Shown here one piece after another: positions 1 through 14,600 of a DNA stretch of 64,000 bases; positions within the stretch are counted from its first letter, which is position 1, and the number at the start of each line of letters is the position of its first letter. The notes beneath the pieces are model-generated. The model ran no database searches, had not been told where the DNA came from, and saw only the letters and a list, made by a program, of their open reading frames with translations. This DNA comes from Auanema rhodensis (lineage: Eukaryota; Animalia; Nematoda): positions 14,632,001 to 14,696,000 of the forward strand of contig OZ059896.1 in the NCBI GenBank assembly GCA_964057225.1. The letters run 5' to 3'. The position numbers and the translations under genes are program-made.

Positions 1-2357
1 AGTTTATATCATAAAACTTGAGTAAATACGTTGTTGTTCTTTACTGTGAAATACGATTTGACATTTGAATGAGAATATGTGGAAAACCTGGTAGATGAGA
101 ATGCGAGAAGGATTAGCTATAACTGATGTAGGTATAAGAATTTTTTAATATATTTTGATAAAAAAACCTAACTATTCACAAATCATTATATTATAGTTTT
201 AATTTATATAAAAAAAGAAGAGATGATATGGGATAGATAGGGATAAGAGGTGAATTACATAGGTTACTAAGAACAAAGATTGAAAGAGACCAAGGTTGGA
301 TATATAAAAACGAAAAAGAAGAATATAACGCATCAGAAATGAAGAAAACAAAAAGGTTGGAAATTCGTGAAACTTAAAAGGATGAGAGACAATGAGATTG
401 ATCATGATAGAGAGAGGGGGTAGAAGAGAAGAGAAAATGCACAACCGTTCCGTGCTGGTTTGAAAATCAAAATAAATCGTTTTCACTCTTACACGCAGGA
501 GTTACGTAAAGCTGTCACGTGAAATTCGGTTAATATATTGACGAAAAATTGGAATTTCAAGAACTGGTTGATCAGTTTTGACAAATTTTCTGAAATATTC
601 TTTTGATGTAATTGGGAATTGAAAAAATGAAAAAAATGGAAGATGAAGTCAAAACAAGCCAAAATGAGGAAAATTCTGTCATCATATGGGTTACGGATAG
701 GTAGTGAAAAGTGAAATCAATCGAGTTGACGCTACGCAGCTGAAGAGATTACCATAACAGGTTCGTTGAAATAAAAGAAAAGGTTTCAAGAAAATAGCTC
801 CAGAATAGGTAATAGTAATGTGGATAGAGATGGATATCAATAACGGAATCTGAAATCCGGTAATATAACAGTAGAGAGAAACAGTCAGATAGATATATAG
901 AGAGATATGTATATGGTCTAACAGTAAGTTAGCAGTAGGAGAGTGAAAGAAGTGAGGGAGGAAATAGAAGATATCGAAGAAAGTTGAGAAAGAAAACAAA
1001 TTAGAATTGAAGATTTAATTAGTTTCAATGAAAAAGAAACAAAGAAACAGATGAAATAGAGAAGAGTTGGTGAGGTAAAAACAGGAATCAATTGACTGTC
1101 ACAAGATTGTACGATTATGAATCATAAACGAACATAACAGAGAAGGAGGGCAATTGAAAAAGAGCTGAAGCAGTACAGAGAAAAAGAATATTTTAAAGAC
1201 AGAGAGAGAGAAAGAGAATAGAAAGAAAAAAGAAATAAAAATGATATATAAAGAAATCGCAAGAGATAGAGCATGAGAAGCAGAGATAGGGAGAGGCACA
1301 AACTCTCCGCTTCCCCGAGGGCAACTACAGAAGTATGTTGATCGACTATCAGAGGAGGAGGGTAAACGTATGTATGTTTAAACGGTCAATGAGCTGAGAT
1401 GTGCTGAACGCAAGCAGAGTTTGGTGTTTAAGGATAAATATGTCTGTCTGTTATCCATCTATCCTCAGTTATTAGCTAATATTTACAAAAAATGAAGAAT
1501 ATAGTTATTCAGAAAGAAGTCATAGCTTTGCTTTCCAAGAAGAAAAAAGTATGACAATGATAGAGAGGGAAAAGAGGGAGAAGAAGAGAAAAACGATATA
1601 TTTTCCTCTTATTCCCTCTATACTTTCTCCTTCTCTTTGGACTAGTGCATGTATATGACAGTGCATTTTTGTGTTTTACATTAGAAAAGAAAAGATGTAA
1701 TCGATAGATAAAGCTGAAGAACAACAGTTAGATGATCATACCGACAACGACGAAAGAATAGAAGCATCACAGACATCATCATCCAGCTAAGCACATCTGA
1801 TCATCTTTCTATGATTGTCTCATTTCTTTTTCACTTTTACGGATTTTTCATCATTAATGTTTTACGTTAAATAACAAGAAAAATTGAAATAAAAATCCTG
1901 AATTCGTGTTCCAGTTGGTTAAAAGGGAGAAGTAACGATAGAGGGAAAGGGAAGGTAAGAGAGAGAGAAAATGGATAGTGCTCATTCTTAAACAGTATTT
2001 TAGCTGATAGCATCGAAGAACCGACTCCAGAGTATGCTGATCATTCTAGCGCTATGAAAAGAAAAACCTTGACGTTTTGACATCGTCAACGTGTGAGTTT
2101 TCGTTGTATAGGCTTTTTCAAAGCAGAACTCCTTCAGGAGCCTCCGGTTCTTGTGTAGTTAGGGGATTATCGTCGTTAGAAGTCGGAGTCAGGCGTCACA
2201 AATACGTGCTAGGACTAGTAACATGCATATTTTCTTCTGTCCCAAGTTTTGAATGCCATTTGAAAGATCAAAAGAAGGAAAGAGAGTACGAATAAAAGAG
2301 AGAACGTAATAGATAGAAAAGGAGAGAGAGAGATAAAGAAAGATAAAGTGAAATAGA

Positions 2358-2459
<102 letters not shown>

Positions 2460-2771
2460 GGAGTAATATAAGGGGTGAGAAATTTTTTTTTTTTGCCATG
2501 AACTATAAAGTAAACATTGATAAACAAAGACAAATGTTTTTGAGAATCAAAAGGAAAAGCCAAGTGAAACTGCACGATCTCAGAGAAATATTTAAGAAAA
2601 TGGAAAATTTTGTTACCGATCGCGGACAAGTTGGACAAACAGAATTACAAGAGCAAGTGATCATTTAGCCTATCTAGACAAGCAATGAAGAGAAAAATAC
2701 AAATTTGAATGCTGATATAGCTGACTTCAAAACTTTGAAGACATAGAGGAGGGACTGAGTTAGAGAGAGCT

Positions 2772-2773
<2 letters not shown>

Positions 2774-2830
<57 letters not shown>
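2774..2830. repeat. (AG)n microsatellite
   Basis: Uninterrupted AG run, followed shortly by an (AT)n run at ~2863-2886. Confidence 0.95.
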
Positions 2831-2833
<3 letters not shown>

Positions 2834-5800
2834 TAAACTTTTTTTTGATAAAAACATAATTGATATATATATATATATATATATATTATTTCATATAGTA
2901 TATAGCATATAGTATATGGTATTAACTATATGTATATCATATATTTAACTCAAGTTATATATAGTTATGCTGAACGTAAAAACGATTAAGAAATTCTTGG
3001 AATTGAAAGTTGAAAGTTCATTTATCTAAAGTTTAAAATAAGCAGTTTGACAGTATTTTAACAGAAGATTATGTAAAGAAACGCCAACAACGAGGACCGT
3101 ATCGGATAATTTGAACCCGTCATGCCAGACGGACAGAAAAAAAGAAGACAAATAGAAGAAGAAACAAGGAGATGAAGCTAGATGGAGAAGTTTAAATTTT
3201 TAAAGTTAAAAGCTCTTATAGACAGCTATATTATGCTCCGTAACATATAATTTATAAAAAAGTTTTTTTTTGAAGCGTTTCGAAAAAAAATTTATTTCAT
3301 TTAAACTTTTGGGGAAAAGCAAGTGTCGTCTTTGTCACCTTTTTTCTAAGAAAAAAAAAGAAGCTGAAAGAATGACAGTAAACCGGAAAAAACGGACAAC
3401 ACGCAACGAAATTTCTAATTCCTTTGTACTTTCTTTTTATCTTTCTATTTGACTATATTAATATTTATTATTAGTATAAATAAATATATAATTTATTATA
3501 ATTATATTTTATTTACAAATATTTCGACATTATAGTTATATCTTTGAAGATATGTATTTGATATTTAATCTTGTTTACAAGATTATTATGTTAGTTATTG
3601 ATTATCTATGAATATTATATAATATTTAATATAATAACTGTAAATTTATTGAAATAAATGTATCAATACAAGAGATATGACGTGGAAATACGCTAATTTT
3701 ACGTGGAGTTTGCTGTCATTCCTTGACATGACGAAAAGTGAACCGGTTGTATTCTGTGATGTGTGCTCAATATGTTTCCGGAAAAAAGAAGAATTTATAT
3801 ATTATATTATATATTATATATAATAGATATAGATATATTATCAAGATATAGTTGAGGTTAGTTATAAGGTATTCATTACAAGTGACATATTATGTATAAC
3901 AACATGAGCGTTTACATGAAATGTATGTATGTAGATATGTAACCGGTTATGAATTTCAAGATTCATAAGATCTTATCCAGCACGGCTTTACTCTCATCTT
4001 TCCTCCCCGTTTCTAACCCCTACTCCTATATGTAGATATATACGTATAAACACATAATATGCCATAGTCATCTGATCATCTAATATAGTATATAATAGAA
4101 ATTGTTTGTTTCGTAATACAAATTAATGATTAATAGAAATGAATATCAAAGTATGTTATCATTATATTTATTTTAATTAAATTCTATCACATTAAGATAT
4201 GTATATGTACATATAAACATGATTCTTTGATTGTTACGATACATTAATTAATTGAAGAATAGACGTATAAGGACGATAGTTGAGAGATTAAATATTTTGA
4301 AGAAATGATTAAATTTTTAATTTTTTTTCAAGAAAATAAATATTCTTGATGCAAAAAAGAAAGAAACAAGTAAAGTTGTGATAATGTACGTGGACAATTA
4401 CGTGATCCATGAAAGACAAGTTGAATAGACGGCTTGATTGTAATTTTGGACAGGTTTTTGGCTATATCTGAAGACAACATTTACAACTTCAGTCCAGTCA
4501 TTTCCATATTTTGGCATGATGATCAAGTTCATTTTCTTTCGTTTTGAAGTGTAGTTAAAGAATGAATTGTTTCTGTTTTAGCTCTGTTTAGTTATTAAGA
4601 TATCTATGAAGCGATATCATGTATATATCTATATCCATTTATCCATATCATCTTAACTATATATACAAATGTATATATATGTTTATTTATACATATAATT
4701 GGATAGACATGCTATCTATCTGCTAACTATATGTATGAAAATTCATTGTTGTTATAGCTTTTGTCGTCACGTCAATGTAGCCAGCAGTCATTATTCATTG
4801 TGTCTTCAATTAGCAATTCTTTACTAAATATCCTGTAGAAAGAACATTGTTTCGTTCATTTTCACTATACTTTCAGCTCATGTTTTTGATTTTCTCAAGT
4901 TCATAGAGGTCATAGTTGTATGTCATCTACATGCTTTTCTGTTCTTTTTCCTCAATTCAAACCAATATTTCTAGAAATGCTCATGACACCTGATCCAACA
5001 AGTGCATTTGCCATATACCTTTGCAACTATCTAGTTTTGTTATTGCAAGCAAGCCCCTCTTAAGCACATTGTGCTTGATCCAAACGCCAAAACCACCCAA
5101 TTTACTAAATTCGAAGTGGTTAACCTTTTGTATATTATGGCTGAACAAGTTCATTGCTTTCAATACATACATCGATGATTCATACATTAGAATTGGAGTT
5201 AACCTTCTAAATTAGAAAAAGCTTTAAACCACTAGACATTCTTGGATTCATCTGTTGTCATCTGATGACTCATGCCGTTGTACGCTACAAAGATTTGGTG
5301 TTGTAATTCGTCCTTAAAAGCCAAAATACATATAGTTGATTCATATTATAGAACTGCATATAACAAGCTGCAGTAGTAGAGGAAAGAGTTCATTTCTAAT
5401 TCATTCCGCTTTTAGTCTGTTGCCTTATCATTTGGCTATTAACTGTTCATCTATGCAAACCTTGATTAGTTTATAATTAGCATAATTATACATTTTTTCA
5501 ATTATATAATAGTTCATATATAACTATTCTATTTGTTTTGGTTTTTATAATATTTTAATATATTTATATTTATTTTATTTTATTCATCAAGCAAATATTG
5601 AGGAAACAAGCTGGTTAATGCGTATTTCAAAAAGGAAAAAACGATCTGAATACGTGACCTTGGAACAGCAGCTTCTTCATACATTCATATTCATATATCT
5701 CACTCTCACTCTCATTTCTCTTCCTTAGAAATCCACCCACTACACACCTATTCTCTTTTCATCCTTTCGGAATTAACAGATCAAAAAGTAAAATCTATAG

Positions 5801-6353
5801 TATTGAATGAATCTGAAAAAGAGATTCAGAACGATCATTGAAAGTAAGAGAATAAGGAAATCAAATAGTGAGAAAGAGTAGAAGTGAATGAGAGTCAAGA
5901 GAGAAATAGACAGAATCTATTCTAAGAGATTGAAAAACATTGTCCTCTTCTTCATATCAAAAACCTCATAACATACTCCCATACACACCCCCTGTGCTTC
6001 AGACATCAGCCAGTTTTACTTTGGTAAGGCTTATTTATGCCTCGGGTTGTCCGTCTGGCTTTTCCTTCGATCTTCTATTCTCGTTCCAATTCATTTCATT
6101 TCTAACATAAACGACCACAAAGGTGATATGCTTAAACTGCTTTTCCCTTTTCCGAAACACATCATTTCTCATCTGATCAAGTTCTTGTCTCTTGATGTCG
6201 ATGGCACATTCCAATCTCAAATTTCAAGATTTTTTTACATTTTCTTTGGTTTTGTGATCATTGTTTGAAAAACTTTCAACTTCTTTCATCCCTTTCTCGA
6301 ACTTATTACAACTTTATCTTAGTTCTTATCTTTTTTTTTCAGATTCATCATCA

Positions 6354-8728
6354 ATGAAATCTCTTTTCATATTCTATTTAGCCACACTTCTATTGGCAAA
6401 TTGCCAATTTATATCTAAACCTCAATTAGATTGTTCACGTATTCATTCTATATTCTGTTGTACAAGTCGAATTAGAAATTATTGTATTCGTGAATGTGCA
6501 GGAGTTCAATGTGGACAGCAAGTCTATCAGCAACGTAAGTTTTACAACCTCATATGTAATGAAAGATTTTTTGTTTATACGAAAAATGATATAATACCAA
6601 AGAAAATGAATAACATACTAATTTCTTTGCGCAATTTGACTGAATAAGTAGAAAAAACGGGATGGATTAGCTATGTGTAAATCCTAAATTGGTTTTTAAC
6701 TTTCGGTTTACCCTTCAATACTCTCAGTATTGGGATGATTTCTTTTTTTCTTTTCTCGTTCCTTCATTTTTCAGATTACACTATGCTAATCCAAAAATTT
6801 GTTTTTTCCGTTCCATTTAGTGGTCGATTTGTTTCAGTTTTCTCAGCCGACCTTAATCAAGAATCGGGTTCTGCTAGTGCCCAAGATGGCAGTGCACAAG
6901 TGATATCCAAACCAACTATGTCATCTTCATCATTTCCAGGTATAACATTGTATATTTTACTTTCTCATGTTCAATTTTAGATGAGGTTATAGTGGATTCG
7001 GCACCTCCTCCTCCTCCTCCTCCTCCCCCACCACCACCTCCACCGCCATCGGAATCTCTCATTCCAATCCCTATGATGGGGGTATCGGCACAACCATGGG
7101 AGCTTCCATCCACAATTGCTACTACACCTGGATCCACAAACTTTCCAACTTTAATTCCATTTGAGCCTAGTATTGATGAAGCACAGTTCGTTTCCGATAA
7201 AGATAATGAGAACCAATGGGCAACATCAACATCATCAACACGTAAACCAGTTGTAAGAACATCTCGTATGATTCATTTGTTAAAAAAAAAAGTTTCAGAA
7301 AAGCACGAGTGCCAGAAGACGTACTACTCCAGATCCCAGAATTATTCGTCCTCCCGAATCACTGGTAATCATCGGCGACTATGACGGTGAGGAATTCGAA
7401 AGCGTTGCTGAACAAGGCCCTCCAGCTCCATTACCAGATTCATGGAGACCACCACCACCTCCCCCAACACCACAATCATTCAACGGTCGGTGGTTCAAAA
7501 ACTGATTCTTCAAAGAATCTAAGCTATATTTCATTTTAAATGGAACAAATGCTAAGAATGATTGTTCATAACATTCAGTCTTGAATCAATTAGAACAGGC
7601 GAACGGTTGCTCTTCTAGGTGCAGCTGTATCCGGGCCAATGACGATTGTCAGCAATACAGGTGGAGTATTGCTTCCAACTACCTCATGGAATCAGGAGGA
7701 ATTTTCTGAGAATGACGGCGAGAGACATCGTAAATCCGATACAAACAGGTATGCTTGACTATTGAAAAACTAACTGAACAGTAGCTTGCAGTCCTCCACA
7801 AAGCTCTTTATCTGTGTCATTGCTGAAAAGAACAAGTAATCTCAAAGAAGGTGTAGCACAAATTCCAAACTTTGCTGTGGACGGAATTGCTCGAAAAGAT
7901 CGTAAAAACGATAATTCAAGCCGAGGTCTATTATAACCAAAATTTAAATTTATATATAGTTAATGATATTAAGGCTTATCATCTGTTATTAATTCCTTTA
8001 ATATTAAACCATCAAATAGAAATCAGATACCAAATACCGAAATGGAGTTTCATGTATATTTTTCCAAATAATTAATTTAAATATGAAATTATTATATTTA
8101 TAGACAAAACCTAGTGCATCTCAACTAACTAGAACTACTGCTCAACCTGTTACATCATTGCCATTTGTTCCACGACAACCACCTAGCGCTTTATGTGGTG
8201 TTGCTCCAGATTTCAAACCATGTGTTCCAGCTAAAATTGCTAGTCAAGGTACTTGTTCTTCACTTGCTTTCATAGATTAAAAGCGTATAACCTCAGAATT
8301 GCTAAGATGTTGTCAATCGAAGAACATGCCACCTGGATGTCTTCAATTATGCCGTTATGATATAACTCAAGCTGAGGTTGCTTCATATAAATAGTTTAAT
8401 AAGTGAAACATTGTTTTATGCTTCAGGTTCGAGCAGCTATGGATCGTGGTCAATGTGGTCTTCTGAGTGTTCAACCGTTCTTGGAATGTGCAGCTCAAGG
8501 ACACGATAATACTGAATGTTGTAGATACAGGGATGTAGTACGTAAAAGGTAAAATGAATAAGGAAATACAATAGTATCAATTAATCATTAAAATCATTCA
8601 GTGGTCCACAATGTGAGCAATTCTGTCGTCCAACTCACGGTATCACATCGTTAGGATTACAACATATCGTCTGTGGCAATGTGATAGGTGAAATGCTTCA
8701 ATGCCATCATTCAGGAATTCGCTTATAA
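6354..8728 (+). CDS. Secreted proline-rich protein with N-terminal 6-Cys module and C-terminal DB domain (PF01682-like), 11 exons
   Basis: Phase-consistent spliced ORF from ATG 6354 (behind a ttttcag acceptor) to TAA 8726-8728. It encodes a signal peptide (MKSLFIFYLATLLLANC), CSRIHSIFCCTSRIRNYCIRECAGVQC, a poly-Pro tract at ~7004-7047, and a C-terminal CGVAPDFKPCVP..LLRCCQSKNMPPGCLQLCRYD..FLECAAQGHDNTECCR..CEQFCRP..CHHSGIRL*, the Cys pattern typical of nematode DB domains. The exon 2 acceptor is ambiguous (two in-frame tandem sites near 6837/6846). Confidence 0.85.
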
Positions 8729-9761
8729 ATTGCTTATACTATACGTATAATATTCAATTGATTGTATAATTTGAGAAACTGTTTATCTGTATATATGTTT
8801 TATACATTATGATAAGTTTTGCTTAACTATATGATATAATCACATATAATGTCATGAAAGTGTCGTTGAAATTGCACGGGTCCTAGTTAGTCATGTTCAA
8901 GCATTTCATTTCATTTCTTTTTAATAAAAATGTTTTTTTCATTATTTTTAAATTATTATATCTTTATCTATTATATAATTAGTAAACATTCAATACTTTA
9001 TTCGTTCTGGAGTTGTGTGAATGATGTATAACGGATTTATATGAGAAAAGAAATATAAAAAGGTGATGTATAAGCCAAAGAGAAGAAACTGAAAAAAAAA
9101 AGAAAACAATTTTAAAACAAATATAAGAGTTACGAGTGAATATTTCATAAAAAATTTCAATTATACAAATTAATTATGCTGATTATACCAATATAGCATA
9201 ATGATGAGTTCAAATACACATATATACACACACAAACACATTGATCACAATGACAAATGTTCATAATTGAAGATAAAATTTGAGATAAAATGAAGGAAAA
9301 GCCGAGATAAAGCAATTTTTAACGTAATCCGGCAAAGTTGTTCTTGAGTTATTGTATGTGTTATATATGTATAGAACTATATATTATCTTTTCTCATTTA
9401 CAAAGTTTTATTCAAGTTTTCAAGTTTAGTTCTAATTTTACTTAAAACTTTCAACTTTTTCTTGAAATAAAATAAAAGTTGTTTTTTTTTATAAATTTTG
9501 TAAATATAAAGAATAAATAATAATAATAATTAATTAATAATAGTATATGTTATCTAATAAACAGCAACATACATACATATGTATATGGTACTCTGTAGAT
9601 GTTCTTTACCGGAACCCGTACCGATTTTCTAAGAGAGAAACTAAAAATATTAATTGTTTTTTTACATCAAAATTTATCAAAACAAATGAGATGAATGGAT
9701 GAGAGAAAAGAGGAAAGAAGAGTGAAGTTGAAGTAGAGAAAGAAAAATAAAATTTCTAAAT

Positions 9762-11549
9762 TCAAAGTTGAGACACACAGTATGTTTCATCTGTCTGCTT
9801 ATCATCTGGAGTACATTCACGTACCTGGAAAAAACATAATTAAAATATGAAAAAAACAAAAAAAAAAGAAGAAAAAGATGAAAAACTATTATTAATACTA
9901 TATAATATATATATTTACCTGATGTAAATTATTATTAAATGTTACACGAGTTGTACGATCATCGGTGTCTTCTTCATCATGTGATCGAACACAGCACCTA
10001 AATGTATCAAGTTTTAAGTAATTTTGTTAAAAACCTTTAGTTGCAATTTTTAAAAAGGGAGATATGTTTCAAAAGTTCAAAAATATAATATTTCTTTTAG
10101 TTATGCTTATTAAGTTTTGGGAGTTTTAAGAGAGAACATCACTAACCAAGCATGTCGACGTTTTTGAGTATTTTCATTACTTAGAGAGGAAGCTTCGCTG
10201 ATTGGTGGAGTTGACCGTCCCCCTTCGAAAATCACATCGGATTCTACAAATTCTCGCTCCTGTAATAAGTTTGATCAGTTACAGCATATTGAAATTACTT
10301 TGGAACTTACAGTAGCCTTTTCAAGGCATTGCAGCAGATGATGATGTTGAATCTCAAAGATATCTTCATCGCGTAAAGCATCGAAAGACAGTTCCCCTCG
10401 TTCGAATGCTTGCATACGAGCTTCATGGGCTTTTTTCTTGTTGAATAATGCTTGTCCTGAAGCATTCTTAACAACTCGTATTCGAGCCAGACGAGCTTTC
10501 TTCTGAGCTTTCCGCTTATCAGCTCTCTGACTCTGATGGTAAATGCGAGAGAAATTGCTAACAATGACCTAAACATATCAATATGAACTGATGTTTGATG
10601 TTTCAACTTACAGGAACAGGTAGAGCAATTACCAACACACCAGACAATGAGCAAACACCTCCTACAATTTTTCCAGCAACTGTTGATGGTACCATATCTC
10701 CGTATCCCAATGTAGTTAACTAAAATATTTTATGATTAATAGGAGAAAAACATCCAAAATTATATTAAAAACAAGAATCAAAGAAGAATACTATGTATTC
10801 ATCAAAATAGAATAAATCATTAAACTAACCGTAACAATGGTATACCAGAAAGCAGCCGGAATAGAAGTAAATCTGCAACAATCAAGGAATAAACATCTTC
10901 ATATGCTATAGTACAACAAGAAAATTGGAAATGAAAACAAACCTTGTTCCATCAACTTTCTTTTCAGCATAATACATAATAGTTGCAAATATAATAATTG
11001 CCATAGCTAATGAGAATACAAGGAATCCAAGTTCGGATGCACATGATTTCAATGTATATCCAAGTATACGTAATCCTTGTGAATGTCGAGAGAATTTGAA
11101 GATACGGAATACTCGCTGAAATCAAAAGGTTCTTTGTTTCATCTTTAGAAGTGAATTAGATTTAAAGAAATAGATACATATGCTAGTACATCCATGTTAA
11201 CCCCCTCTTATACCCATCTTGTATTTTGGCTTTTGAAGGAAAATGTTTTAACTGAGCAGCGTTAAAGGAGCAAAAGAGAGATAGAGAGAGAAAGGAAGAG
11301 AAAAGGAAAGAGAGAGAGAGAAAGAAAGAGAAAGAGAGAGATATATAGACTTTACGCATGTGAAGACAATTCGATTAGGAAAACGACGATATGAAAGTTG
11401 AAAGTTCCGAAAAAGGCGTCTAATGAGATATCTTGAAGCATGACGCACCCCCATAGACATCAAAAATCATTATGTAGTGAATGTTGAAAAGATGAAAAGA
11501 ATTCCAAAAGAAAAACACTAACAGCTAGACAGTGAATAAAAGCAAAAAG

Positions 11550-11607
<58 letters not shown>

Positions 11608-14600
11608 ACTGCGATGCAAGTGCGCATACGTATAAATGAGTTGTGCGCATTGTTATCTATGCTATGCAAATGTGTGATCAAGTAAATTTCCGTCAATTTT
11701 CCTATTTTGAATCAAAACGTTAGAATTTGAAAAATCATAAAGCTCAATGTATCATTATTCATTATATATGTACATATATTTGTATTTTACTTGAATAAAA
11801 TAAAGTAAAACAATCATTTTGTCCCTTATTTCTATTCTAAGAATCTTTAAAATAATTAAAATTTTAAAAATAGAAAACAAAAATAAATGAAAATAGGTGT
11901 GAAATGTGATGAAGATACATATATCAATCTATCTATATATCTATCTATCAATGATGTTTAATCCAAATGTTAAACATAATAAAATTAATTATATTAAACA
12001 TAAGGAAAGATATGAAATAGCTTCTTTTCTATGTCAAGAGAAACATTTCAATATATTTCGAGAAGACATGTAGTATCTACAATGTCTTCGAAGGATAAGA
12101 GATGATTGATCTTTAAGATTTTTAGATGATTTTAGATATAGAAAAGTCATTTATCAATGTATATTTGATAAAACAACTTTTATAAAATAAAAAACAAAAA
12201 GAAAATAATTGAAAGAAGAAATAGATTATTGATGAAAATTGTTTTCATGTTGATCTTATATGTTTATGTATTCAACATCAGTTTAAGTTCTTAAATATTA
12301 GACAAGAGTTAAAAAGAAATAGAGGGAAACAGAAGAAGAGAGAGTGAAAAATTGAAGAAGAAAAAAGAAATTACTTACGAAAACCCTGAGAGTAACGAAT
12401 GCTCCAAGATCCTTATTATTCGGAAGAGCAAGCCCAACATAATATGGTAAAATTGCTACAACATCAATTAAACTCATTATTGTTCTGAAAAATAAAACAA
12501 ATTATAAGATTTAGCTTAGAAAAATAAAAAAATTCAAAAAGTTAATTATATATAATTACTTACATAAAGAATTTACATCGATCCGGAGCTGCATACAACC
12601 TTAGAAGATATTCTACGGTAAAAATAATAACACAAGCAGTGTCAAGTACAAAAAACTAAAATAAATTAATGTAAAAACATAATTATCTTATAAAGATTCA
12701 AAAGATTATACTCACTTGTTTTTCATATGCATCTCCACAAGAGACAGGCATATCATTTACGTACCTAGAATAAAGCATAAGGTTTGTTAATCAAGTTTAA
12801 ACTTACCAGCATGGAATAGTTTCAATAATGTTACACATGACGGAAACGGCAATAAAAAAACCCGTTACATAATAAAATACTAGTGAAATAGAAGTCGAAT
12901 GTGGATTTTCAAATGCCGTCCAAAGTTTTTCCTGAAAATAACCATATGATCACACAAGATGATAAGTAAAGAGAGAGATAAATAGAAAGAGAGAGAGACA
13001 GCTCAAGAAAGACAGACAGTCAGCGGAAAACTATGAGTTACCGTACCGCTGAGTGACCGTCCGTCATTTTGACATACTGTATCGTACCTGGAAATTCATT
13101 TTCAGCTTTGTGGCATGACCAGGTTCAATTGTTTCTTCAATTAAACGTTCTTGATTTTCCCTCTTCTTATCTTTGTAATCTTCATAACAGCAATCACTGA
13201 TTAAATCTGGCATAATGCCAAAAAATGACAATTCTTCATCATAAGCTACTAAACATTCATGTCTTGGGTACTGAAAAAATTGTAAACTTTAAGTATTTTT
13301 TGAATTTTCTCTAATCTTACATGTAATTTTCCTGTTCGATAAAATGTTAAAATATGTCGAAAGAGATCAGGATCACGATCGAAAAAATATTCGCCGGTAT
13401 CTTCATCATAAAAAAATTCCTGAAAACGATGACACAGGATGAGATATATTAGTCATTGCAAACTTTTTCATTTGAGCCCAGCAAGGTCTCAGGAAATTTT
13501 TCTAATGTATTCTTCCATGTTTCAAATTTCCTTCCCGAAATATTTATAGCAAGCTTTTCGTCACTCACGTGATCAACAGCAAGATCCTTAGCCTGAAATG
13601 TGAAAGGATTGAATTGATGAATATGAATGAAACACAAATTTCTTTGAAAAACGCAAAAAACTTCCAACAGATGTATCTCTTTTTGAATAATGTGTGAACG
13701 AAGCTCATTCACTTCCGTTATTAAGATACTAATTTGAAAAAGAAATTCAAGGTTCAAGATGTGTCTTTTCCCCTGTGGTTAGCAGTTCTCTTAACCTACA
13801 ATCATATCAACTGCTCATCTTACTACTAGTCCCCGTGACATGTTACTCGTTAAGTTTAAAAATACTTCATAGTTTGATCTAAAATTGTTTTTTTTTTATT
13901 TTTTGTATCAGAAAATTCACAAGTTTATTGAAAATTCTATGATTATGCATATGTTATGTGCGATTGAGGGAGGCTTTGAGGAACATAAGTGTAGGGACGA
14001 AGACTGTGAAATAAAGCTCAAGTTGCAAATAGAGAGTTGCAAAAAGTATGCTGGACAGATGAACAGCATGCAAAAGGGGTTTTCCCCGTTTTTTTCATTA
14101 GCCTGCCTGCTAAGTATGTCTATGGAATTCCACACAATTTAACTCAATCTGCTGTCAACCAACTATTAAAATGTCGTGTCATCGAAGAAATACAGTGACA
14201 TTTCCGTTTTCTCGCCGTGCTTTCAATACCTTCCTTGATTTTAAATTTTCTGTCTTTAACCTCCCCCCTCCCCCCCCCCCCATTTCTCTCTCTCTTTCTC
14301 TCTTACTCTTTATCTCTCTATGTCTCCTTTCTCTTACTATTCATATTTTCTCTTTAGTCTTATCTTTCCTTTGCATTTCCTCCTATCCTTATTTCAAATT
14401 TCAAAATCCGCACATGCATGTTTTCCTTTCAAAGGACATCGTTGTCTTCGATTTCATCTCAGATTTCTATAAAAGAAGCAGAGAGAGGGCAAAATGAGGA
14501 TCTATGAATCACACAAATATGAGAAGCTGAATCTAAAGATGAGCATGATGAAGGTAGTTGCATACCAAGTAGACGTAATTCTAATCCTCAGGTCATCAAT

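Noticed and set aside
2068-2228. Minus-strand frame with only two in-frame TGA stops (possible selenocysteine/readthrough)
   Set aside because: Two stops in ~54 codons is unremarkable; no redox motif or SECIS-like element seen.
4410-4432. TGAAAGACAAGTTGAATAGACGG resembling miR-71
   Set aside because: Seed match only; no complementary arm to form a precursor hairpin.
9613-9633. AACCCGTA (miR-100/miR-51 seed) sequence
   Set aside because: No hairpin partner. It lies antisense to the shl-1 3' region, so at most it is a possible target site (TACGGGT) on the shl-1 strand, which one 7-mer cannot support.
10420-10445. Apparent frameshift in shl-1 C-terminal exon suggested by ORF 10307-10654
   Set aside because: That ORF is an off-frame translation; the spliced frame reads [15 protein letters not shown] intact.
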